From positions 65,842-129,841 of the forward strand of contig JAHBVR010000012.1 in NCBI GenBank assembly GCA_019637395.1: a stretch of 64,000 nt of DNA, in the 5' to 3' direction. A model generated the notes under the pieces. That model was not told where the DNA came from, did not search any database, and was given only the letters and a program-made list of their open reading frames with translations. This stretch comes from Vulcanimicrobiota bacterium. Its GTDB lineage: Bacteria; Vulcanimicrobiota; Xenobia; Xenobiales; JADMJV01. The translations under genes were made by a program, and so were the position numbers. Below are positions 39,263 through 48,296 of the stretch, piece after piece. Every line of letters begins with the position of its first letter. Position 1 is the first letter of the stretch.

Positions 39263-39805
39263 TGTGAATGTCTCCAATTCCGTTTGGCGGACATCCGGTC
39301 CGCGTTGGACTTAGCTTAAGCCACCAGGACGAAGGTCACGAGAAATAGGCGTACGCTTTCTCACGGATCGGCATACTCATGGTTTAATCAGGTAATACAC
39401 GTCGGTCTCCCATTTCTTGGGATCCATTTCGGCGGGATAAGCAACCCGGTAAATACCCCAGAGCGCTTCGTCCACCAACAGGTGCCGGCCGGCCGCCCAC
39501 TGGCGCAGCTCCATATAACGGCCGTGCAAATGAGAGAGTGGCTTCCTTGATGGCGCAGGGACCGTCCAGGTTAATCGAGCCCATACCACCGGACTTGAGA
39601 ATTTCCCCGGACTTGAGCGGCACGCAGGCCCGATTCGCGACAGCCTTTCGAGCTCCTCGAGAGGAACCACCTCAAACTTTGGTCTCGGTCGGCGCCGGGA
39701 CGGACAACCTGCCTTTGGGTATCGACTTACCTGGAGCGAAATCGGCCCGGGCCTTAACCTGGGAACAAGCAACCTAACGTTTTCACACCCAGGAGGTAAC
39801 CTATT

Positions 39806-40213
39806 ATGCGTAAGTTTCTTTTAGGCGCCGGACTTTTTGTCACCATGGCCTGTTCAGCCTTCGCTCAGGCCGGCGGCATTCTGCAGCCGGGCAGCACCAT
39901 GTTTCCCGGTCAGGTGGCCTGGTCGAGTGACGGCCGCTACCATCTGAACTTCCAGGAAGACGGTAATCTGGTGCTCTATAACAACTTTGGCACCGTGATG
40001 TGGGCCACTCAGACCAACGGCGCTCCGGCCACCGAGCTGCGCATGCAGCCGGACGGTAACCTGGTCATGTATGGCAACGGCCAGACCATCTGGGCTTCCA
40101 ACACCGCCGGTCACCCGGGCGCTCAGTTACGCGTGCAGAACGACGGCAACGTGGTCATCTATAGCCCTCGCCAGCGCGTCCTCTGGGCCACCGAGTCCAA
40201 CGGCCGCGGTTAA
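39806..40213 (+). CDS. Secreted bulb-type (monocot mannose-binding, B-lectin) lectin domain protein
   Basis: SD AGGAGG. Signal peptide. Three QxDGNxVxY motifs (QEDGNLVLY, QPDGNLVMY, QNDGNVVIY). Confidence 0.8.
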   Translation: MRKFLLGAGLFVTMACSAFAQAGGILQPGSTMFPGQVAWSSDGRYHLNFQEDGNLVLYNNFGTVMWATQTNGAPATELRMQPDGNLVMYGNGQTIWASNTAGHPGAQLRVQNDGNVVIYSPRQRVLWATESNGRG

Positions 40214-40228
40214 ACCCGGCTTTACGAC

Positions 40229-40260
40229 CGCCCCCTCTACGGAGGGGGCTTTTTCTGTTT
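40229..40260 (+). terminator. Rho-independent terminator after the lectin gene
   Basis: GCCCCCTC-TAC-GGAGGGGGC hairpin followed by TTTTTCTGTTT. Confidence 0.75.
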
Positions 40261-40277
40261 AGAGAAGCGGCTCAACC

Positions 40278-40709
40278 ATGGGTGATGAAAAGTGGATGGC
40301 TACTGTCAAAGAATTTTTCGAAGAGCATATCGCTTTCGACAAGTACCTGGGGTTGCTGGTCGAGGAGCTGCGACCGGGCTGGGTGCGCGTGCGTTTACCT
40401 TACCGGCCGGAATTCCTCGGCGATCCTTTCCGTAAGGCTTTGCACGGTGGAGTCATTTCCACCGTGGTGGACGCCACCGCCGGCGCAGCCGCTCTTTCCA
40501 CCCTGCCCTACGGCAGCCGCTGCAGCACCGTGGACATGCGGGTAGACTATCTGTTGCCGGCTCAGCCCCAGGAATTGCTGGCCGAAGGAACGGTCTTGCG
40601 CACCGGCAACCAGGTGGCCGTGATCAACGTGGAAGTTTTCCAGAGGGAAAATCAGCGCATCGCCACCGGCCGCGCGGTCTACAGTCTTAAGGCGGCGACG
40701 TCGCAATGA
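40278..40709 (+). CDS. PaaI-family (hotdog-fold) thioesterase
   Basis: 143 aa. Hotdog/4HBT-type pattern (...HGGVISTVVDATAGAAA...). Confidence 0.7.
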   Translation: MGDEKWMATVKEFFEEHIAFDKYLGLLVEELRPGWVRVRLPYRPEFLGDPFRKALHGGVISTVVDATAGAAALSTLPYGSRCSTVDMRVDYLLPAQPQELLAEGTVLRTGNQVAVINVEVFQRENQRIATGRAVYSLKAATSQ

Positions 40710-41470
40710 AACGATGGATTCTGCTTGTGCTTGTGAGTGGAATGGCCTGGGGTCAGCCCGCCCAGGTGGACGCGCGCGAAGCTCAGACAGCCGGCCTGCG
40801 CGTCTGGCAAAACGAATGCTCGGGCACTATCGACGGATTAACATCCTGGAACTACGGCGAGGAATTCCCTTCGCTGGGTATCGGGCATTTCATCTGGTAC
40901 CCGAAGGGGCGCAGCGGCCCCTTCCAGGAGAGTTTCCCGCAGCTCATCGCCTTTCTACGCGAGCGCCATCAAGATGTGCCCAAGTGGATTCCGGCCGCCT
41001 GTCCCTGGCCGGACCGGGCCTCCTTCCTGGCCGATTATCACGGCCCGCGGCTCAAGGAATTGCGCCGCTACCTGGCTGCGCGAGTCGGTGACCAGACCCA
41101 GTTCATGGTGCTGCGGCTGCAGGAGGCCCTGCCCAAGATGCTCGCGATCAGCCGTCATCCAGAGCAGGTCAGGCAGCGGTTCTATACGCTACTCAAGACT
41201 CCCGGGGGAACTTACTGCCTGTTGGATTATGTCAATTTCAAAGGCGAAGGAATCAAAGCCACGGAGCGTTACGCCGGACAAGGTTGGGGACTGCTGCAAG
41301 TGCTGGAAGAATGCAATCCGAATACCTTTTCCCGCCATCCGCTGGCCGCCTTCAGTCAATCCGCCGAAGCGGTGCTGCGCCGGCGGGTGCGCAATTCTCC
41401 GCCCGACCGCGGCGAGCAGCGCTGGCTGCCGGGCTGGCTGAATCGGATTCATGGCTATTCATCCTATTGA
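40706..41470 (+). CDS. Secreted hypothetical protein
   Basis: ATGA overlap with the thioesterase gene. Signal peptide MKRWILLVLVSGMAWG. Confidence 0.5.
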   Translation: MKRWILLVLVSGMAWGQPAQVDAREAQTAGLRVWQNECSGTIDGLTSWNYGEEFPSLGIGHFIWYPKGRSGPFQESFPQLIAFLRERHQDVPKWIPAACPWPDRASFLADYHGPRLKELRRYLAARVGDQTQFMVLRLQEALPKMLAISRHPEQVRQRFYTLLKTPGGTYCLLDYVNFKGEGIKATERYAGQGWGLLQVLEECNPNTFSRHPLAAFSQSAEAVLRRRVRNSPPDRGEQRWLPGWLNRIHGYSSY

Positions 41471-41601
41471 ATTCCTACCCGCGTAGTATGAATTGCTTAA
41501 GTGAATCTTCAGAAAAATCGGGTAGTCGCTTCAGCCTCCGGGGCTACTCTGTGAAGGAAGAAATTCACAGAAAACAAGTCAAAACACGGAGGTAATTCAA
41601 G

Positions 41602-41967
41602 ATGAAAAAGATGATTTGTGCAGCCCTGGTGGTTCTCGGCAGTCTGGCCGCTTCGGCCGCTCCCATCACCAGCGGGGTCGTCACCGGAACCAACCGCAAC
41701 GGTGTCTACCTGGCCAACAACCAGGGAGTGACCTTCATCCCTTACTCGCAGGCTCAATTCCGCGTCAATGGCCGCAACATCTCCGATCGGCGGGTCCAGA
41801 CCGGAATGCGCGTCACCGCACTTCCGCAGGGCAATTTTAGGACCCAGTATATTCCTCAGGCGTTCTACAACAGCCACCGCAACTGGGATTGGAACCAGCA
41901 GCAAGCCGGCTGGAATCAGGACCGCAACCACTGGCGTCAGGATCGCACCGGCTGGCACCGCTACTAA
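41602..41967 (+). CDS. Small secreted protein (hypothetical; Asn/Gln/Trp-rich C-terminus)
   Basis: SD GGAGG. Signal peptide MKKMICAALVVLGSLAASAAP. A perfect 7-bp inverted repeat, CTGTGAA-n8-TTCACAG, lies upstream at 41549..41570. Confidence 0.55.
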   Translation: MKKMICAALVVLGSLAASAAPITSGVVTGTNRNGVYLANNQGVTFIPYSQAQFRVNGRNISDRRVQTGMRVTALPQGNFRTQYIPQAFYNSHRNWDWNQQQAGWNQDRNHWRQDRTGWHRY

Positions 41968-42235
41968 GTACCGAAATACCGGGCTCCCGGGATCCGAATA
42001 CCTCTCCTGAACTCCGTTAACACTCCTATCATGAGGTTGGAAGACAACCAGGAGGCGAACAAACTCATACGCGATTTGATGTGAGTCCCGAACTGGTCCC
42101 TCGGGCAGCGTCACAGTTCTTGGAAGCTTCTTCGGACTCTCTGGTGTCACAGGGCTCTGACAACGTCAGGGCCCTGCCCCTTTTCCGGCGCAAAACAGGT
42201 TGTCACCCGCCTGACACCTAAGACTCTTACCCTTC

Positions 42236-42889
42236 ATGACCGTGGATACAATTTTAATTGTCGAAGACGATCCTTCGATTGCCGAACTGCTGACCTTGAC
42301 CCTGGAACAAGAGGGCTTTCGCAGCCTGTGGGCCAGTGACGGGGGATTGGGTTGGGAAATGTTCCAACGCGAGAACCCGGCGGCCGTTCTGCTTGACCTG
42401 CGTTTGCCCCGCCTGAGCGGCCTGGAGGTGCTGCGCAATATTCGGCGCCATTCCGAAGTGCCGGTGCTGATCATGTCGGTGAAAGATCAGGAATCCGACA
42501 AAGTGGCCGGTTTGGAATTAGGGGCCGACGACTATGTCACCAAACCGTTTTCTCCCCGTGAGTTGATGGCTCGCTTGCGCCGCAACCTGCGCAAAGGCAA
42601 ACTCACCCAGACCCAGATGGGCGAACTGCGGGTGGACTGGCAGCGCGCCGACGTGTTTCGCGAGGAAGCCCGGGTGCTCCTGACCGCGCGTGAGTTTGAG
42701 GTCTTGCGGGTGCTCTATGAAAATCGCGAGCGCGTACTGGAACGCGATTCTCTGCTGGAAAAAGTGTGGGGCTATGATTTCGAGGGGGACGCCCGAGTGG
42801 TGGACACCACCATCAAACGCTTGCGTAGCAAGGTGGGCCAGAACCTGATCGAAACGGTGCGCGGACTGGGATATCGCCTCGCCTTGTGA
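42236..42889 (+). CDS. OmpR/PhoB-family two-component response regulator
   Basis: Receiver domain (ILIVEDDP...LLDLRLP) plus a winged-helix Trans_reg_C domain. Confidence 0.9.
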   Translation: MTVDTILIVEDDPSIAELLTLTLEQEGFRSLWASDGGLGWEMFQRENPAAVLLDLRLPRLSGLEVLRNIRRHSEVPVLIMSVKDQESDKVAGLELGADDYVTKPFSPRELMARLRRNLRKGKLTQTQMGELRVDWQRADVFREEARVLLTAREFEVLRVLYENRERVLERDSLLEKVWGYDFEGDARVVDTTIKRLRSKVGQNLIETVRGLGYRLAL

Positions 42890-44253
42890 AACGCCCGCCT
42901 TCCTGGCTGCTGGCCGTACTTTTCCTGGTCGCCCTGGGCAGCCTGATTTCGTTGTGGCTGAGCCGATTTGAACGGCAATCCCTGAACGAGCTGGAAGGCT
43001 ATATGCTGTCGGTGGGACGTCCAGTGGCCGAGTTTGCCGGTCAAGGTCTGGAGTCGGACAAACTGCCCAACCTGGAACGACTGGCGCGCGCCACCCAGAA
43101 CGCCAGCGGCTGCCGTATCCGCATTCTCGACCGCGAACGCCGCCTGCTGGTGGATTCGCTGGGAGTGGGGCCGCAACAACCGAGCGTAGCCTTTCGCGTC
43201 GAGGTGAGCGAAGCCCTCAAAGGCCACTACAGCGGCTACACGCGCTTGAGCGACGAGAGTCCCATGTCGCTGGCCTTGTTCACGGCCATTCCCATCAACA
43301 TCGGCAAGCGCGTGGCCGGGGTGGTTTATGTTTCCCATACCACCGACGAAATTCTGCAGCGCCTCGGCGATCTACGCCGCATGCTGCAGCGCCTGGTGGT
43401 CCTGTTGGCTCTTTCGGCCTTCGTTATGTCCCTCTATTACTCAGGGCAGTGGCGCGGCAGTTTGAAACGCCTGCGCCAACGGGCCGGTCAGTTGGAGGGC
43501 GGCGATGACGTGGAAGCCATCGGCCAGGGCATCGATAAGTTGGTGGCTTCGTTGCAAAGCCAGGTGGCCCAGCTCGAGGAAGAAAAGCTGAAGACCCGAT
43601 TATTTTTGGAGGATGTGGCTCATGAGCTGAAAACGCCCATCACCGGCGTGAGTGGTTCGGTGGAGTCCTTGTTAAACGAGAAGGACGATGAGCGGCGCGC
43701 CCGTTTACTGCACACTCTGGATCGAGAGACACGGCGTCTGGCGGAGCTGGTGGGCCGCCTGGTGGAACTGCAGAACCTCGACTATTACGAGCTGCGCTGC
43801 CAGTCGCTGGAACTCTACTCGCTGCTGCAAACCGTGGTGGATACTTTTGAGGGAGAGGCGGCCAAGAAGCACATTCGCCTGGGGCTGGAGGGCATCGACG
43901 AGGAGGAAGTTCCGCGCCTGTGCGTCTGGGGAGACGCCGACAAACTGCTGGTGGTGCTCTCCAACCTGGTCGACAACGCTCTCCGCTGCTCTCCTCAGGA
44001 CAGCCGCGTGGACGTGACCGCCACACGGGAAGGGGACTTCGTGACCGTGGCCGTGCTGGACGAGGGTCCTGGCTTTCAGCACTCGCTGATCGCCCGGCGT
44101 CAACGGGCCGGAGATTCTTCGAATTTGGGCAGCTCCGGGCTGGGCCTGGCCATCGCCAGCCGGGTGGTGGCTTTGCATGGTGCCGAGCTGGACGTCCGCT
44201 CCCGCCCCGAGGGCGGAGCCTGCGTTCAGTTTCGCCTGAAGGTGAGTCCTTAG
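42886..44253 (+). CDS. Sensor histidine kinase (TM, HAMP-like, HisKA, HATPase_c)
   Basis: GTGA overlap with the regulator gene. H-box VAHELKTPIT. N, G1 and G2 boxes (LSNLVDNALR, DEGPGF, GSSGLGLAI). Confidence 0.9.
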   Translation: MKRPPSWLLAVLFLVALGSLISLWLSRFERQSLNELEGYMLSVGRPVAEFAGQGLESDKLPNLERLARATQNASGCRIRILDRERRLLVDSLGVGPQQPSVAFRVEVSEALKGHYSGYTRLSDESPMSLALFTAIPINIGKRVAGVVYVSHTTDEILQRLGDLRRMLQRLVVLLALSAFVMSLYYSGQWRGSLKRLRQRAGQLEGGDDVEAIGQGIDKLVASLQSQVAQLEEEKLKTRLFLEDVAHELKTPITGVSGSVESLLNEKDDERRARLLHTLDRETRRLAELVGRLVELQNLDYYELRCQSLELYSLLQTVVDTFEGEAAKKHIRLGLEGIDEEEVPRLCVWGDADKLLVVLSNLVDNALRCSPQDSRVDVTATREGDFVTVAVLDEGPGFQHSLIARRQRAGDSSNLGSSGLGLAIASRVVALHGAELDVRSRPEGGACVQFRLKVSP

Positions 44254-44305
44254 CCGGAGCGGGGGAGCAAGGAAGTTCCGTTGGTCCAAGGAAGAGTCGG
44301 CGGCT

Positions 44306-45010
44306 ATGATGAGTTTTCTCCAAGCCGTGGGCGTGCTGCCCTTTCTTTTCCTGGCGGCCTTCACGGCCGGCCTGGCGCTGGCCCCGGCCGTGCACGCTTA
44401 CAATCTGATGACCTCCTGCATGGTCAGTTGGACTCCCGGTTGGCATTACGCCGGGGTCGGTATCGCCATGGCTCTGTCCTATATGGTCTATGGCTTTTCG
44501 CTAATTCTCATCGCACCGTTGATCAACTTGCTGCTGGGAGGGCGGCTGCAGCCCTGGCGCGGCAAGCAAGTCTCTCCCGGCGCCCTGCGCTGGTACGTGC
44601 ACGCCACCATGACGCTGCTCCCCCGCCTGTCTTTTCTCGACTTCATCTCGGCCACGCCCTATATCACCCTCTACTATCGCCTGATGGGCATGAAAATCGG
44701 CCACAACGTCACCATCAACACCACCGCCATCGCCGACCCCTCGCTCATCGAGCTGGGCGACAAGGTCACCCTGGGCGGTTCGTGCAGCTTGCTGGCCCAC
44801 TATGCCCAGGGCGGCTACCTGGTCATCGCTCCCGTCAAAGTCGGCCGCGGCGCCACCATCGGACTGCGCGCCATCGTCATGGGCGGCGCCACCATCGGTG
44901 AAAAGGCCAAAGTGCTGGCCGGCTCCTTCGTGCTTCCCAAAACCGTCATTCCCGACGGAGAAACCTGGGGCGGCATTCCCGCCGTGAAAGTGGAGCTACA
45001 TCACGAATGA
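44306..45010 (+). CDS. Membrane-anchored hexapeptide-repeat (left-handed beta-helix) protein
   Basis: Two N-terminal TM helices followed by isoleucine-patch hexapeptide repeats (GHNVTIN..., VTLGGSCSL, ATIGLRAIV, ATIGEKAKV). Confidence 0.55.
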   Translation: MMSFLQAVGVLPFLFLAAFTAGLALAPAVHAYNLMTSCMVSWTPGWHYAGVGIAMALSYMVYGFSLILIAPLINLLLGGRLQPWRGKQVSPGALRWYVHATMTLLPRLSFLDFISATPYITLYYRLMGMKIGHNVTINTTAIADPSLIELGDKVTLGGSCSLLAHYAQGGYLVIAPVKVGRGATIGLRAIVMGGATIGEKAKVLAGSFVLPKTVIPDGETWGGIPAVKVELHHE

Positions 45011-45624
45011 CTCTCAACATCTTCTTTCGTCTGCTGGGCGTGGTGGTGCTCATCGGCATCTGGCATTTGACTCAGAGTATCCTGGGCAAGCGGGGTTTGC
45101 CCGACGACGGTAAAATCGGCGACAAGATCCATATCTGGATGGCTCCGTTGCACGCCTACCTGGCGCGCACTCCCTGGGCGGTATCGGCTTTGCTCATCAC
45201 CAGTTCACTGGGCATCGACCTGCTGGGTCTTTCCGTACTTTATCTGGGCATCTTCGGAGCCAGCTTTCGCCCCATCATCGGATTGGTAGCCTTGCTGCTG
45301 TTGCGCCAATCGGCCCAGTACCTGACGGCTCTACCCGCTCCCGAGGGCATGATCTGGCGCAACCCCGGCTTTCCCTCGCTTTTCGTCACCTACGGAGTGA
45401 GCAACGACCTGTTTTTCTCCGGCCACACCGGCCTGGCCGTCTACGGCTCGCTGACCCTGGCCAGCCTGGGCATTCCCTGGCTGACCGGTCTGGTCATCGC
45501 CATCGGACTCTACGAGATCTTCGCGGTGCTGGCTTTGCGGGCCCACTGGACGATGGACGTCTATGCCGGACTGGTCAGCGCCATCCTGTGCTGGGTCGTT
45601 TCAGGGATCTTTCCAAACTTCTAG
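45007..45624 (+). CDS. PAP2-superfamily-like integral membrane protein (putative lipid phosphatase)
   Basis: ATGA overlap with the upstream gene. Motifs FFSGHT and LRAHWTMDVYAG resemble PAP2 motifs 2 and 3. Polytopic. Confidence 0.45.
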   Translation: MTLNIFFRLLGVVVLIGIWHLTQSILGKRGLPDDGKIGDKIHIWMAPLHAYLARTPWAVSALLITSSLGIDLLGLSVLYLGIFGASFRPIIGLVALLLLRQSAQYLTALPAPEGMIWRNPGFPSLFVTYGVSNDLFFSGHTGLAVYGSLTLASLGIPWLTGLVIAIGLYEIFAVLALRAHWTMDVYAGLVSAILCWVVSGIFPNF

Positions 45625-45636
45625 CCATAATAGCCG

Positions 45637-46714
45637 GGTGAAGATCGGCAACCCCTTTTCCAAACTCAGCTTCACTGCTTGCCTCAACCGCCAGGCTCAG
45701 GCTGATTTTCAGCCGCAGTCGGTGGAGCAGGCAGTGGACGGCATGGTTTTCTCTAAAGCTCTCAAAGCCGCCCGTCCCGAAACCGATCGCACTTTTAAGA
45801 CCGACCGCCTGAACCCAGCTGCTGACGCTCTGTTACTCAATCTGGTCGACAAGCTTCCCAGGTCGCTGGCCAGCATGACCTGGTCGGCCATCAAGCGCTG
45901 GGTACACCAGGGCGACGCCACCCCGGAGCCACTCAAAGACAAGCAGGGGGCCGACTTTCAGGTAGGCACCCAGGTCCCCATCAAGATGGACGCCCTGATG
46001 GATACGCTAAGAAGCGAGATGACGGAGTATAAGCCCAGCATTGGCGCCGAGCATGTCTGGAGCAAGGATGCCAAAGGTTACCAGGGTCTGGGCTTCTGGA
46101 GCCGAGTCGGCTCGTTCCTCAAAGGCGAGCGACCCTTTCCCTTCCCCACCTTCGGCCGCAGCAAGTTGATTTGCGCCCTGGGCCTGGGAGCCACCAGTGT
46201 GGTGATGCCCACCGGCCAGGAAAAGGGACTGCGCGACTGGATGCTGGAGCAAAAGCAGGGCTCCATCGAGCTTCATCAACTCTTCGGGCAGGCCTACAAG
46301 CTCAATCAGGGAGACCTCTACAGCACTCTGCTGTGCGCCGAGAACGTGCTCAGCGAGGGGCTCTATGATCCCAATCGTCAGGACCGCGAAGTCATCTCCA
46401 AACTCAGCTACCTGCGCAGCGATTCCGCCCCGCTGGGAGACAATTTCGGCGGCTGGTATCATCTCTTCGGCGCCGCCCTGTATTCCCTGATGCGCCCGGA
46501 GTGGAAATCCAGCGTATGCCTCAAAGTCGAGGACATGGGCAGCTTGATCCTGGAAGGCAAGGATACCCAGGAAGATCATATCAACCAGTTGGGCAGACAG
46601 CTCGGCATCGAACTCAAGAAAATCGCCCGCCAAGGCTTGCAGCCGGGCGGCCAAGCCCATCCCTACCTGAACCTGGCCGAATTCAACTGGCCCCGCAGCA
46701 CCAAAGTCGTCTAG
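45637..46714 (+). CDS. Hypothetical protein
   Basis: The track ORF starts inside the upstream gene. The start is either GTG 45637 or ATG 45737. No recognisable domain. Confidence 0.4.
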
Positions 46715-47361
46715 TCGTCATGGCTGGCTTTGGCGCTACCGGTGATGGGGATCTCGGGGCCTAGAAAGGCCGGGTCAGGACGAAGGATGTAAACGTTGAG
46801 GACGGCTTTGCAACGAGCTAAATACTCACGGGAGTCGTTGTAGTTGGCGTCCAGGTAGGCGCGCTTGTCGGCCACTACTCCCTGCGCCTTGATGCCCGCA
46901 CTGCGAGCCAAAAACACGGAGCGGTCCAGGTGAAAACCGTTGGTGACCACCACCGCGTTCTCTACCAAAAAAACCCGGCGGGCGCGGACCATGGTGTCGT
47001 AGGTGTTGAAGCCGGCGTGGTCGGTGAAGATTTTATCGTCGGGAACGCCGCGGTCACGAGCGTAGCGGCGCATGGCGTTGACTTCATCGTAATTGGACTG
47101 GCCGTGATCGCCGCTCATCAGCAGCCGCTCCACTTTACCCGCTTTATAGAGCGCGATGGCCGCGTCGACCCGATCCTCCAGCACCGGGCTGAGGCGCCCG
47201 CTGCGGCCGTAAACCAGAGCCCCGAGCACGATGCCCACCTGGGCGTGGTCTACTTGCTCCGGCGGCACCACGTAGGGCCGGGCCCTCCAGTGCACCCACC
47301 AGTTCATCAAGGGAGCCGCGCACAAAGCTCCAAAGAACAGCACAAAGAACAACCACAGCAT
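46711..47361 (-). CDS. SanA / YdcF (DUF218) family protein
   Basis: DUF218 core (LVLGALVYGRSGRLSPVLEDRVDAAIALYKAGKVERLLMSGDHGQSNYDEVNAMRRYA...). The ATG at 47361 has SD GAGGA. N-terminal TM anchor. Confidence 0.65.
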   Translation of the reverse strand: MLWLFFVLFFGALCAAPLMNWWVHWRARPYVVPPEQVDHAQVGIVLGALVYGRSGRLSPVLEDRVDAAIALYKAGKVERLLMSGDHGQSNYDEVNAMRRYARDRGVPDDKIFTDHAGFNTYDTMVRARRVFLVENAVVVTNGFHLDRSVFLARSAGIKAQGVVADKRAYLDANYNDSREYLARCKAVLNVYILRPDPAFLGPEIPITGSAKASHDD

Positions 47362-47497
47362 CTTTCGTCCTCGCGACCAGCCTTTCATTGTTCTGCATCA
47401 TAGCAGGACAGGTATACCGAGGGCGAGGTACCTCCTCGTCCTGTTCGCCGCCGATGTTTCGCATACGATGGAGATACACCCGAGATGGGAGAAGACG

Positions 47498-47893
47498 ATG
47501 ATGAAAAACCAATGGATGATTTTGTTGACCGCCGCCACTCTGGCGCTAGGCTGTTCTCAAGCGGAACGCAGCGATATGGCCAGTAAGGCCGATCAGAGCA
47601 TGCAGCAAGCGGAACAAACGGCCAAAAAGGAAGTGAAAAAAGCCGGACAGGCCCTGGACGAAGGCATGAGTTCCACCCGCATCAAGTCCGCTTTGCTGGC
47701 CAGCAAAAAGCTGGACGCCAGCAATATTAACGTAGATACGGCGCAGAAGACCGTCTTTCTACGCGGCAGTGTAAAAACCGAAGAGCAGAAGAAATTAGCC
47801 AACGACCTGACCAATAACCTGATGGAACCGGATCAGAAGCTGGTGAATGAGTTGAAAATCGCCGCCCATCCCGATCCGAATCGACCTCAGTAG
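47498..47893 (+). CDS. BON-domain lipoprotein (OsmY-like)
   Basis: SD GGGAGA. Lipobox LALGCS. BON-like segment (IKSALLASKKLDASNINVDTAQKTVFLRGSVKTEEQK). Confidence 0.6.
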   Translation: MMKNQWMILLTAATLALGCSQAERSDMASKADQSMQQAEQTAKKEVKKAGQALDEGMSSTRIKSALLASKKLDASNINVDTAQKTVFLRGSVKTEEQKKLANDLTNNLMEPDQKLVNELKIAAHPDPNRPQ

Positions 47894-47921
47894 GCCCCGC
47901 CGGCACGGAGGGATGGAACGA

Positions 47922-48074
47922 ATGACAGAGCCAATTTTCGAACTTCGCTTTCAAGAACTGATTGGGGAGCGTCCCATCGTCAAAGAAGGCAGCCGCTCGG
48001 CCGTCATCTTTCTGCAGGCCCTCTTTGAGGTGGCCGGCGAGTTTTACGAAGAAGAAGAGGACGAGGCGGCCTGA
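47922..48074 (+). CDS. Small acidic protein, ~50 aa (hypothetical, unlisted ORF)
   Basis: MTEPIFELRFQELIGERPIVKEGSRSAVIFLQALFEVAGEFYEEEEDEAA, with GGAGG ~10 nt upstream and a strong terminator immediately after. Confidence 0.3.
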   Translation: MTEPIFELRFQELIGERPIVKEGSRSAVIFLQALFEVAGEFYEEEEDEAA

Positions 48075-48082
48075 TCAACGCG

Positions 48083-48121
48083 AAAAAAATCGACCGGGAA
48101 GTTTCTCCCCGGTCGATTTTT
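48083..48121. terminator. Bidirectional rho-independent terminator
   Basis: AAAAAAAT-CGACCGGG-aagtttctc-CCCGGTCG-ATTTTT: an 8-bp GC-rich stem with A-runs and T-runs on the two sides. Confidence 0.75.
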
Positions 48122-48296
48122 GCCGGAGGAGCTTAGGACCCGTCGCTTAATAACTCAGACGTTTGGGCGCCAGCTCCATCCCCACCCGCTGCGTCGCAAC
48201 TCCGCACCGTATAACCCGATACGCCTTGTCGTTGCTCCTTGCGGGAGGGGCGCCTCTGGCACCGAAACGCCCACCTTATTAAGCGCCGGGCCCCTA
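48122..48296 (-). repeat. Conserved intergenic element, copy B (reverse orientation)
   Basis: The reverse complement of 48136..48236 matches 18064..18160 with one indel and one mismatch. The element begins at the TAG stop (48294-48296) of the minus-strand ligase gene and ends at the bidirectional terminator. Confidence 0.6.

Noticed and set aside
39377-39777. 131-aa minus-strand ORF and 79-aa plus-strand ORF upstream of the lectin gene.
   Set aside because: Only the last ~45 codons of the minus ORF (MELRQWAAGRHLLVDEALWGIYRVAYPAEMDPKKWETDVYYLIKP) look protein-like. There is no SD or clear start, and the region may simply be the lectin gene's 5' leader. Evidence is too weak to call.
43640-44446. 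268-aa and 219-aa minus-strand ORFs antisense to the histidine kinase gene.
   Set aside because: Arg/Pro-rich products. The kinase frame has H/N/G boxes.
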